Sequence record: SRR31156797_9613
Reading direction: 5' to 3' (one strand)
DNA: 44,772 nucleotides
Below the pieces are notes generated by a model, which saw only the letters and a list, made by a program, of their open reading frames with translations, was not told the origin of the DNA and searched no databases. This document shows positions 17,448-26,327 of this stretch, piece after piece. Numbering within the stretch: the first letter of the stretch is position 1; each line of letters opens with the position of its first letter. Position numbers and translations under genes: made by a program.

Positions 17448-19118
17448 TTATTTTACAATTGAAATTTTTCGAACCTGACGTTCATTACCCGTAATAACTT
17501 CGAGGTAGTAAATACCCTCCGGTAACGATGAAGTTTCGAAAGCGAGGCTGTGGGTGCCTGCCGGCATAATCCCATCCTGAACAGATTTTACTTGTTGTCC
17601 GAGTTGATTCAGGAGTTTAATTTCTACATCCGTTTTCCCGATAAGTAAAAATGATACAACTGCAGCATCTTTTGCAGGATTTGGATATATATTCAACCGG
17701 TTATCCCATGTAAGTTCTTCAGTACCAACCGAAACATCGCCTAAAAACATCTGGCTGGCCTCGGCACCAAAATCGCTACCCGTAAGAATTTGGGTGGAAC
17801 CTTTAAACAAACTGAAAAATCCTGGGAGTGAGATCCCATTTCCACCGGCATCATAAATGGTGAAAAGCATGCAGTCGGTCATATCAAATTCCAGTGTTTC
17901 ACTGATAAAACCGCCTGGTGTGGAATAAGGACCACCGGAAAACACAACGTCGCCGGCAGGGTTCACAACTTCCCATGTGGTTTCTTCGGGGTTATCGTCA
18001 AGTTTTATGATCAGGTTCACTTCATCCTGAACAACTATTGAGCGGTCGAAACTGAAAAAGAGCGTATCATTAAGCGGATATTCATCACCACTTCCGTTAA
18101 CATTTGAAAGATAAACTTTCAACTGGTTTTCTTCCATAAGGTCAAACTCAATTTCAGGAAGCAATACGCGCTTCAACTTCAGGTAGTCAACATTTCCTGA
18201 CCAACTCATCATTTGTTCATCTCCACCATTAACGCTGTAATAAATATCTGCCGATGTCAGGTTTTCAGCACCAAAATTGGCAAGCGCAACTTCAGGCTCA
18301 AATGCACTTAAGCATGTTGTTGAAGTCAGGTTGGTGATACCGGCAGGCGAACCATCCACATCAAATAAGGGTTCGAAGGGTTCATCAGAACTAATCCCCG
18401 ACTGGTGCACATCCTTTGTGTTTGAATTCTGTACAAATCCAACTATCGAAAGCTGATCATTATCATATACATTTTCGAGTTCCCAGGTTTGGGCAATGAT
18501 CTTGTATTCACCATCAACCCAGTTCGATTTGAGGGCTGTTCCTGAGGCTGTTGGAAGCATTTTCTTCATGACATCATAAAAATCTGTTTCACCGTTGCCA
18601 CCAGGAGGGCTGCTAAAATCGATCAGTTTTTCTACCACTGCACAATGTCCGCGAAGGAAATTTTCAGTAATGTCCTGAGCAGCCTGAATCCGCATGAAAA
18701 CATAAATGGAATCCTCATCAGCCGAGAGGTAATGATAAATGTCGATTTCATGGAATGGAGACGGATTACTTGCGTAGCTATTCAGCAGGGACTGTGATAC
18801 CTGTCCGGGTTGTGCGTTAAACCCGCCGTCCAATTCAGCACGTGGTACTGAATTGATACCATAATAATCAATCCTGGCTGCATTATCTTCCACATTCTGA
18901 TCGTACATGGGGTCAGTACCTGGCCACCACGAGTGGTACTTAATCACTGATACGATATCTGAATTTGCCTGTAAGAGTGCATCAAAAGCCGGGTTTTGTG
19001 AAGCGCATGGCCCGCATGATGCATTGGTTGCTTCTTCAACCAGTACCCGGCGGTCGGCCTGGGAATAAACAATAGCCACTGAGAATAGGAGCAAAGTAAG
19101 TAATGTAAATTTTCGCAT
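17448..19118 (-). CDS. Omp28/thioredoxin-fold T9SS cargo protein (CGPC motif)
   Basis: Signal peptide (VYS-Q), RRVLVEEATNASCGPC, IKYH..WPG.DPMY, YYGINSVP and IYPNP...GIYYLEV CTD; TATATTTG -7 box at 19167-19174. Confidence 0.88.
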   Translation of the reverse strand: MRKFTLLTLLLFSVAIVYSQADRRVLVEEATNASCGPCASQNPAFDALLQANSDIVSVIKYHSWWPGTDPMYDQNVEDNAARIDYYGINSVPRAELDGGFNAQPGQVSQSLLNSYASNPSPFHEIDIYHYLSADEDSIYVFMRIQAAQDITENFLRGHCAVVEKLIDFSSPPGGNGETDFYDVMKKMLPTASGTALKSNWVDGEYKIIAQTWELENVYDNDQLSIVGFVQNSNTKDVHQSGISSDEPFEPLFDVDGSPAGITNLTSTTCLSAFEPEVALANFGAENLTSADIYYSVNGGDEQMMSWSGNVDYLKLKRVLLPEIEFDLMEENQLKVYLSNVNGSGDEYPLNDTLFFSFDRSIVVQDEVNLIIKLDDNPEETTWEVVNPAGDVVFSGGPYSTPGGFISETLEFDMTDCMLFTIYDAGGNGISLPGFFSLFKGSTQILTGSDFGAEASQMFLGDVSVGTEELTWDNRLNIYPNPAKDAAVVSFLLIGKTDVEIKLLNQLGQQVKSVQDGIMPAGTHSLAFETSSLPEGIYYLEVITGNERQVRKISIVK

Positions 19119-19517
19119 GGTTAAAATAGTTTTAATGTTAATAAATGTTGCAAGATTTTAAGTATGCAAATATATAGTAATAACCTTTTCAATTTCTTAT
19201 TAAGATTCAGTAAAAATAGTTATTTTTGTTCAGATTGCATGTATGATCCTAAAGTAATTCATTCATAATCAAATAAGTAAAAATTATTCGATTTTTGTAA
19301 ATTGTTGATAGGCCAATCAGGCCAGTGTTTTGATACATGGTTTTTAAAATAATTTACTTTTGCAAAGCTTTTTTGAAGGGAAATTTAACGTACCTTACTG
19401 ATACACAACAAGAAATACAATATTTATCCGTATTACAGTGATGAAAATAGACGATTAAAATTGATAATCAAACGGATGATGTGTGTAATAAAGAACGACA
19501 CTACAAAATAAAAAATC

Positions 19518-21065
19518 ATGGCAGAAAAATCTAAATCACTCGACCTCAGGCAGCGCATGCGCAGTGCATTGCAGGGAGGAGGCCAAAAAGCCATCGAGAA
19601 GCAAAAAGCCACAGGTAAACTTACCGCCCGCGAAAGGATCATCGCTTTGCTTGATCCAAAATCCTTTCATGAGTATGATCTTTTCGTGCAACATGCCGGT
19701 AAAGATTTCAACATGGATAAGAAATACCTGCCCGGTGATGGTGTGATAACAGGAACCGGTACCATTCTCGGCCACCCGATTTGCATTTATGCCCAGGACT
19801 TTACCGTTGCCGGTGGTTCACTTGGCTGGATGCATGCCAAAAAGATCACCAAAATCATGGACCACGCCATGAAGCTTAAAGTGCCTTTGATTGGTATCAA
19901 CGATTCAGGTGGTGCCAGAATTCAGGAGGGTGTAAACTCACTCGCCGGTTACGGCGAAATTTTCTTCAGGAATACGCAGGCCTCAGGGGTGATCCCCCAG
20001 ATTTCTGTGATCCTTGGCCCTTGTGCAGGTGGTGCCGTTTATTCACCGGCACTTACCGATTTTGTGTTCGTGGTTGATAAAATTTCCAAGATGTTTATCA
20101 CCGGGCCTGAAGTGATTAAAACGGTGTTGGGTGAGGAAATATCGATGGAAGAACTCGGTGGTGCACGCACACACGCCGAAATTACAGGGAATGCCCATTT
20201 CTATGCTGAAAGTGAACTGGAATGTTTCAGCCAGATCAAGCAACTGGTGGGTTATATCCCCTGGAATAACTTTAAAAAAGCAGACGCATTCCCACCTAAG
20301 AAGCCCAATACCCGAAAATTTAAAATTGAAAATATCATCCCGGAGGATGCCAAAGAACCCTACGATGTTCGTGACCTGATCAGGTCAGTTGCCGATGATT
20401 CTGAATTTTTCGAAATCCAGGAATTATTCGCCGCCAACATTGTAATTGGCTTTGCCCGTCTCGAAGGACAGACTGTAGGTTTCGTGGCCAACCAGCCACT
20501 GGTACTTGCCGGTGTACTTGACGTGGACTCTTCGGATAAGGCTGCCCGTTTTATCCGTTATTGCGACGCATTTAATATTCCACTGGTAACCTTTGTTGAC
20601 CTTCCGGGTTATCTGCCTGGCGTTGAGCAGGAACATGCAGGTGTTATCCGTCACGGGGCCAAAATCCTCTACGCCTATTCAGAGGCTACAGTGCCAAAAA
20701 TTACTTTGATCATCAGAAAAGCCTACGGTGGTGGATACATCGCTATGTGCTCGGCCCATCTGCGTGCAGATTTTGTTTTTGCATGGCCAACGGCTGAAAT
20801 CGCTGTTATGGGGCCAGAAGGAGCGGCCAATATTATTTTCCGCAAGGAGATCAAGGAAGCGGAGGATCCAAATGAGCTCAGGCAGGCCAAGATCACCGAG
20901 TACAAGGAAAAGTTTGCCAATCCTTATGTTGCTGCTGCTTACGGCTACATTGATGCGGTAATCGAACCCAATGAAACAAGACATTTTATAACCCACGCTC
21001 TCACGATTTCGAATAACAAATCTGTGGAACGGCCGGATAAAAAACATGGTATTCCACCATTTTAA
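19518..21065 (+). CDS. pccB: Acyl-CoA carboxylase carboxyltransferase beta subunit (PccB/MmdA family)
   Basis: GKLTARERI, GDGVITG, QDFTVAGGSLG, DSGGARIQEG, CAGGAVYSPALTD, RKAYGG and KKHG motifs; TACTTTTG -7 box at 19355-19362. Confidence 0.92.
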   Translation: MAEKSKSLDLRQRMRSALQGGGQKAIEKQKATGKLTARERIIALLDPKSFHEYDLFVQHAGKDFNMDKKYLPGDGVITGTGTILGHPICIYAQDFTVAGGSLGWMHAKKITKIMDHAMKLKVPLIGINDSGGARIQEGVNSLAGYGEIFFRNTQASGVIPQISVILGPCAGGAVYSPALTDFVFVVDKISKMFITGPEVIKTVLGEEISMEELGGARTHAEITGNAHFYAESELECFSQIKQLVGYIPWNNFKKADAFPPKKPNTRKFKIENIIPEDAKEPYDVRDLIRSVADDSEFFEIQELFAANIVIGFARLEGQTVGFVANQPLVLAGVLDVDSSDKAARFIRYCDAFNIPLVTFVDLPGYLPGVEQEHAGVIRHGAKILYAYSEATVPKITLIIRKAYGGGYIAMCSAHLRADFVFAWPTAEIAVMGPEGAANIIFRKEIKEAEDPNELRQAKITEYKEKFANPYVAAAYGYIDAVIEPNETRHFITHALTISNNKSVERPDKKHGIPPF

Positions 21066-21092
21066 TGTTGAACCCATAAAAGGCATCTAACA

Positions 21093-21434
21093 ATGGAAAA
21101 TAACGAAAACGAAGAAAAATTTGCCGAACTGGATTTTCGGTCGCTATGGGTTGATGAGGTTTATTATAAAACCACACTTACCAGGAAGTATACCAATAAA
21201 AAACCCTATGAACCCCCGAGCTTAAAAAAGATCAAAGCATTTATCCCCGGAACGGTTAGGGAGGTTTTTGTGAAACGCAAGGCCAAAGTCAATATGAATG
21301 ACGACTTGTTGATTTTGGAAGCCATGAAAATGAGAAACGTCATTAAAGCACCGATTGACGGCGTGATAAAAGCCATTCACGTAAAAGAAGGCCAGGCTGT
21401 TCCAAAGGATTTTGTGTTGATCGAATTTAAATAG
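21093..21434 (+). CDS. Biotin carboxyl carrier protein (biotinyl domain)
   Basis: IKAFIPGTV and LEAMKM biotinylation motifs. Confidence 0.9.
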   Translation: MENNENEEKFAELDFRSLWVDEVYYKTTLTRKYTNKKPYEPPSLKKIKAFIPGTVREVFVKRKAKVNMNDDLLILEAMKMRNVIKAPIDGVIKAIHVKEGQAVPKDFVLIEFK

Positions 21435-21507
21435 GACAACTGATTTGCATCATTGATGGATGCATCAAAACAATTTTAACATTTCAAAAATGCTTTAATC
21501 TTTAAGG

Positions 21508-22134
21508 TTAAGGCATTTTTTGTTTGATCAGTTCAGGATCAAAAACCTTCATTGATTCACTGATGAATTTCAGGATTTCTTCCCTGCCCCACCCTTTTTC
21601 TGAGGAAGTGGTAAAATGTGGTGGGAGTTCTTCCCAACTTTCCAACAGAAACTTTTTATAATTTTCGAGATTATCTTGAGCTTCAGCAGGCTTCAGTTTA
21701 TCCGCTTTGGTAAAAACCAGGGCAAAGGGCAAGCCGTTTTCGGCAAAACCTTCCATAATTCGCAAGTCGATTTCCTGGGGAGGAATGCGTAAGTCGATCA
21801 GTAAAAAAGTACACATCAGATTGATACGGTTGAGCAGGTAACCATCTATCATCTCCTGCCATTTGGCGCGTTCGGTTTTAGGGACTTTTGCATAACCATA
21901 TCCCGGCAGATCCACGAGAAACCATTTATCATCTATCAGAAAATGATTGATAAGTTGTGTTTTCCCGGGTTTTACAGATATCCGCGCCAGATTTTTACGC
22001 TGGCAAAGCATATTGATGAGGGAGGATTTACCCACATTGGATCGCCCGATAAAAGCAAATTCAGGCTTAAAAGGAGCCGGGCATTTCCGGTAGTCGGTGT
22101 TGCTGATCACAAATTGGGCTTCCCGGATTTCCAT
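21508..22134 (-). CDS. yihA: Ribosome biogenesis GTP-binding protein YihA/YsxC (EngB)
   Basis: GRSNVGKSSLIN, PGKTQLIN, VDLPGYGYA and TKADK motifs. Confidence 0.95.
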   Translation of the reverse strand: MEIREAQFVISNTDYRKCPAPFKPEFAFIGRSNVGKSSLINMLCQRKNLARISVKPGKTQLINHFLIDDKWFLVDLPGYGYAKVPKTERAKWQEMIDGYLLNRINLMCTFLLIDLRIPPQEIDLRIMEGFAENGLPFALVFTKADKLKPAEAQDNLENYKKFLLESWEELPPHFTTSSEKGWGREEILKFISESMKVFDPELIKQKMP

Positions 22135-22280
22135 GATTTTTAGTTTAGTGATAGTTATTAGGCGTATTGCTTATTCAGTGGGTTTCGCGAAAAATGCCAG
22201 TTAAAATAGTACTCCTTCAAATTTTAAATTAAATGATATTTGAAGATTTGTAAAATGCCGGGATTTCGCTTCGCTCAGCA

Positions 22281-22359
22281 TCACTCCATTTTTCCAACAC
22301 TCCATCATTCCATTTTCCCAACTCTTCATTTTCCAACACTCCAACAACTCAACACACCA
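22281..22359 (-). repeat. Degenerate octamer tract (TGGAGTGT-like) x10
   Basis: + strand TCACTCCA TTTTTCCA ACACTCCA TCATTCCA TTTTCCCA ... ACACACCA; same class as 1475-1554. Confidence 0.8.
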
Positions 22360-22369
22360 CATCCTCTAT

Positions 22370-23296
22370 CTATCGCTTTATATTTTCGAGATGGCGATCT
22401 TTTTTAGAGCTGTAAATATCGTCGATCGTAATTATGATACCGGATTCCTCCACATCACCAAAATTTCTGTTCAATGCGGTTCCAAAAAAACGCATGGTTG
22501 AAGAAAGGTTCATATATGCATTCACCAGGGGAGGAATATTTTCTTTTCGGCTGCGCACAAACTGCTGCAACAACTTGAAATTTTCTTCGTAATTTGATCC
22601 GGTGAAAATCTTTTCAAAAACCGATTCCTCCGTTTCCAACAATACGGGTTTGTGTGGCACAACCAATCTGTCAGGATCAGGGAAAAATTTCGTGAGGAAA
22701 TAAACGATAGCTTCACGGGCAAGCAGGTCGGTGTGCCGGTACATGGTGATCTTTCCAAACAGGTATTTCACATCAGGATTTTCCAGTACCAGGGCGCCGA
22801 GTCCATCCCACAAATTATCCAACGAATAAATGCCTTTACGCATGTTGCGCATAGGTTGGTATTCGGGCTGAACAAACGACCGGCCCAACTCAATGGTTAC
22901 AGGAATAAAATCATTTACAAATTGCTTTGAATACCCAAAAAGCTTGGAGGTGGGGGTCTTCACCTGCCCATTTTCGTCAATATCAAGGTCCTTACAATGT
23001 TTGAAGCGATATCCGCCAACAATCTCTTCATCTTTAGGGTTCCATACAATCAACTGCCCAAAAGGATTATCTCCGCCATCGTAAGCATCAATATCAGCAT
23101 CTTTTCCGGTTCCGCCACCTGCTGCTCTGAAGGTAACCTCACGCAACCGGCCAATTTCCTTTAAAGTTTCAGGCGAATTGTTGGCATCCACAATATAAAT
23201 TTCGTTTTTACCAAAATTGGTGTACCTGACAAACCTGTCCTTATTGAGCTCTTTTTTTATTATGTCCCTTTCGATTGCGGGAATGATCTCTTTCAT
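22370..23296 (-). CDS. GNAT-family N-acyltransferase (OlsB/GlsB-like amino-lipid synthase; often labelled 'hemolysin')
   Basis: EIGRLREVTFRAAGGGTG, IVGGYR, IELGRSFVQPEYQ, LDNLWDGLG and IPPLVNAYMNLS motifs. Confidence 0.85.
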   Translation of the reverse strand: MKEIIPAIERDIIKKELNKDRFVRYTNFGKNEIYIVDANNSPETLKEIGRLREVTFRAAGGGTGKDADIDAYDGGDNPFGQLIVWNPKDEEIVGGYRFKHCKDLDIDENGQVKTPTSKLFGYSKQFVNDFIPVTIELGRSFVQPEYQPMRNMRKGIYSLDNLWDGLGALVLENPDVKYLFGKITMYRHTDLLAREAIVYFLTKFFPDPDRLVVPHKPVLLETEESVFEKIFTGSNYEENFKLLQQFVRSRKENIPPLVNAYMNLSSTMRFFGTALNRNFGDVEESGIIITIDDIYSSKKDRHLENIKR

Positions 23297-23334
23297 CTAT
23301 ATATAGTATAAAAACCCCTAATAATTGTCACTTT

Positions 23335-24201
23335 TTACCTGAATTCATGCTGCTCGCCCCGGCCGATTGCATAAACATGATCTTTCAGTTTTTGAGCCCA
23401 TTCGGCGTGTGTGTGCCGCTTGTCAAATGTTTCTATTGGGATCAAATCTCCAAAAGTAATATTTATCGTTTTATCTTTTTGCTTGTACATCTCATCCACG
23501 AGGTACAACATCTCAATGTTTGCTTTTATGCCCAGCCTTTTGCGCCAATTGGCCAGGTTGTAAAAGAAATTGGTGTTTCGGCCTGAAACATGCACCGGCA
23601 TGATGTCGCGTTTGTATTTGATAGAACGTGTTAAAAAGGTTTTTTTCCAGTCAAGATCCACGATTTTACCGTTGATTTTTCTGGATACCAGGCCAGCCGG
23701 AAAATACAACAACATGATGTCTGACGCAAAAGTATCGTTGAAAATCCGGATGTTTTCAGCGTTGCTGCCATGCTTGTTAATGGGAATAAAAAGTTGTTTC
23801 AGGTTCGGGAGGTTCATGAGCAGGTCGTTTACCGGAAAAAGAAAATCCGTCCTGACTTTTCCAATCTCGCTCATCAGCGCCAAACCGTCAAGACCGCCCA
23901 GGGGGTGATTGGCAGCCAGAAGCTGATTTCCTGATGTGGGGACCTTTTCAATGCCCCGGGTTTTGATGATTGCACCGAACTCATCAAGAATTTTCCTGGC
24001 AAATTCAACACCAAATTCATCTCTGTTTCTCCAGATTGCCTTATTCACCCCAGTTTGGTGAATCACCTTTTTCAGGTATGAAAACACAAAACGGGGCATC
24101 ATTTTCACAAGACCGGGGTTCTTGTCTGAAAATACCTTTTCGAGGTCAATGAAATTTTCGGTAATCACTACCGGTTTATTATTTTCCTGCTTATCCGGCA
24201 T
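23335..24201 (-). CDS. PlsC-family acyltransferase (GlsA-like O-acyltransferase)
   Basis: NHPLGGLD (HX4D) and FPAGLVSR motifs; ATG 24201 lies just after TACATTTG (-7) at 24207-24214. Confidence 0.85.
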   Translation of the reverse strand: MPDKQENNKPVVITENFIDLEKVFSDKNPGLVKMMPRFVFSYLKKVIHQTGVNKAIWRNRDEFGVEFARKILDEFGAIIKTRGIEKVPTSGNQLLAANHPLGGLDGLALMSEIGKVRTDFLFPVNDLLMNLPNLKQLFIPINKHGSNAENIRIFNDTFASDIMLLYFPAGLVSRKINGKIVDLDWKKTFLTRSIKYKRDIMPVHVSGRNTNFFYNLANWRKRLGIKANIEMLYLVDEMYKQKDKTINITFGDLIPIETFDKRHTHAEWAQKLKDHVYAIGRGEQHEFR

Positions 24202-24449
24202 AGCCACAAATGTATTTATCCACAAAAATAGAGAATATCGATTATGTTTTGAATAATTCAAAATTATTGGGTAATATTGCCCTACCCTATCAAATCATTT
24301 TCAAACCCTTAAATCCAAAACAAACCATGAAACTTTTAAAAATTCTAAAAAACACCCGGTTCAAAATCCGTTTTCAGCAGCAAAAACTTCTACCAATCCT
24401 TTGCTAAGGCTTACCTGTCGTGATGTTTGCCAGCCATCGCTGTAAATAA

Positions 24450-24517
24450 GTGGTGGTAAAAAGTGGAAAAAGTTATCAACATTGTGTTATTTTGTGGTGA
24501 TTTTCGCTATATATTTG
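24450..24517 (+). promoter_or_regulatory. dcw promoter with MraZ-type GTGG repeats and -7 box TATATTTG
   Basis: GTGG at 24453, 24463 and 24494; TATATTTG at 24510-24517. Confidence 0.6.
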
Positions 24518-24535
24518 GCCTTCAAAACACAAAAC

Positions 24536-25009
24536 GTGGTAAACCTGAATTCGACATACGAATGTAAAGTGGATAACAAAGGCCGTGTTATGCTTCCCGG
24601 AAAGTTGAAGGAGGAACTTGCCGAAGCATTGCCCAACGGGTTTATCCTGAAAAGAAGTGTTTTTAGCCGTTGCATCGAATTGTGGCCAAAGGATGAGTGG
24701 GACCAGGAACTTGCCAAGATTAATAAGCTAAACCGGTATGAAAAGAAAAACGCCCGGTTCATCCGCAAGTTTTTGGCCGGCGTAAAAGCAGTGGAGGTTG
24801 ACGGCACCGGAAGGATCAACATACCGAATGAACTGATTGCTTTCGCAGATATATCAAAATCCATCGTATTCACTCCGCAAATTAGTATCCTTGAAATATG
24901 GGATAAAGAGAAGTACGAGCAGGAAGTTATGTTCGAGGATGATGATGATGATGATTTTGGCGCACTGGCCGAGGAAGTAATGGGCGATAAAAAACCAGAA
25001 ACTGATTAA
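24536..25009 (+). CDS. mraZ: Division/cell wall cluster transcriptional repressor MraZ
   Basis: VDNKGRVMLP and VDGTGRINIP repeats, LEIWDK; likely GTG start at 24536. Confidence 0.93.
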   Translation: MVNLNSTYECKVDNKGRVMLPGKLKEELAEALPNGFILKRSVFSRCIELWPKDEWDQELAKINKLNRYEKKNARFIRKFLAGVKAVEVDGTGRINIPNELIAFADISKSIVFTPQISILEIWDKEKYEQEVMFEDDDDDDFGALAEEVMGDKKPETD

Positions 25010-25011
25010 GC

Positions 25012-25920
25012 ATGTACCACCTGCCCGTTTTATTGAACGAAAGCATCGAAGGGCTCAACATCAGTCCGGACGGCACTTACGTGGATGTGACTTTTGGCGG
25101 AGGCGGACATTCGAAAGCAATCCTTGACAAACTGGAACATGGCAGGCTCATCGCCTTCGATCAGGACAAAGATGCATTGGACAACAAAATCAACGACAGC
25201 AAATTCACATTGGTCAACCATAATTTCAGGTATTTGAAGAATTTTTTGAAATATCACGAAGCTGTTCCGGTAGATGGAATCCTTGCAGATCTGGGTGTGA
25301 GCTCACACCAGTTTGATGAGGGAAGCCGTGGTTTTTCCATGCGTTACGATGGTGATCTGGATATGCGGATGAACACCAGCCAGCAAAAATCAGCAGTTAC
25401 CGTTTTGCAGGAGTATCCGGAAGAGCATCTTCAAAGCATTTTGAAAAATTATGGCGAACTGCCTAATGCCCGGGCAATTAGTAAGGCCATCTGCAACCAA
25501 AGGAAATCGCAGGCCATCAAAACTTTTAAAGACCTGGAAACCACCATTGGCAAATTTGCACAACGCGGAAAAGAGAATAAATTTTTCGCCAAAGTGCTGC
25601 AGGCCCTGCGCATTGAGATCAATGATGAATTGGAAGCCCTGAAAGAGATGTTGCAGCAATCAGCAGAAGTTTTGAAAGAAGGCGGCAGGCTTGTGGTGAT
25701 CAGCTATCATTCGCTGGAAGACAGGCTGGTGAAAAACTTCATCAAAGCCGGAAATTTTGAAGGCAAACAGGAAAAAGACTTTTTCGGGAATCCGCAGCTG
25801 ATCTTCGAACAGGTAAACAGAAAACCAATAACTCCAACTGAGGAGGAGTTAAAAATAAACAACCGCTCCAGAAGTGCGCGGTTAAGAGTTGCAACCAAAT
25901 TAAAACCCCTACAATCATGA
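25012..25920 (+). CDS. rsmH: 16S rRNA m4C1402 methyltransferase RsmH
   Basis: HLPVLL, DVTFGGGGHS, DLGVSSHQFD, QALRIEIN, SYHSLEDR and RSRSARLR motifs. Confidence 0.96.
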   Translation: MYHLPVLLNESIEGLNISPDGTYVDVTFGGGGHSKAILDKLEHGRLIAFDQDKDALDNKINDSKFTLVNHNFRYLKNFLKYHEAVPVDGILADLGVSSHQFDEGSRGFSMRYDGDLDMRMNTSQQKSAVTVLQEYPEEHLQSILKNYGELPNARAISKAICNQRKSQAIKTFKDLETTIGKFAQRGKENKFFAKVLQALRIEINDELEALKEMLQQSAEVLKEGGRLVVISYHSLEDRLVKNFIKAGNFEGKQEKDFFGNPQLIFEQVNRKPITPTEEELKINNRSRSARLRVATKLKPLQS

Positions 25921-26315
25921 CGAAACACACCAACAAAATCAAGTCCAAACCAAAGCCCAAAAGCGAGTCTGAAAAAGCAAGGGCAGGCAAAAAACACAAT
26001 CGTATCCTGCGCAATGCCCACGATGCACTTGATGGCGGCTACCTGCGCAAAGGAAATGTAGCTGCAAAAGTCCGGTTCATCCTGTTCCTGGCAGCTTTAG
26101 GCCTGATCTACATCGCCAACAACCACTTTGCCGAAAAAAAGATTCGCGAGATCGACAGGTTGAGAACAGTAAACAAAGAGCTTAGCTTTGATTACCTGCG
26201 TATGAAAACGCAGCTCAACGAAAAGAAACGCGCCTCTTACCTGGCAGATAAACTCAAACCATATGGCATAAAACCATCCGTTGAACCTCCGCAAAAATTG
26301 CTTGTAAACCCCTAA
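25917..26315 (+). CDS. ftsL: FtsL-like cell division protein (Bacteroidota type)
   Basis: Single TM followed by YIANNH.AEK and a coiled coil; lies between rsmH and ftsI. Confidence 0.8.
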   Translation: MTKHTNKIKSKPKPKSESEKARAGKKHNRILRNAHDALDGGYLRKGNVAAKVRFILFLAALGLIYIANNHFAEKKIREIDRLRTVNKELSFDYLRMKTQLNEKKRASYLADKLKPYGIKPSVEPPQKLLVNP

Positions 26316-26327
26316 ATCAAAAATGCC

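Noticed and set aside
24938-24955. (GAT)6 microsatellite in mraZ
   Set aside because: In-frame poly-Asp tail; it cannot cause phase variation.
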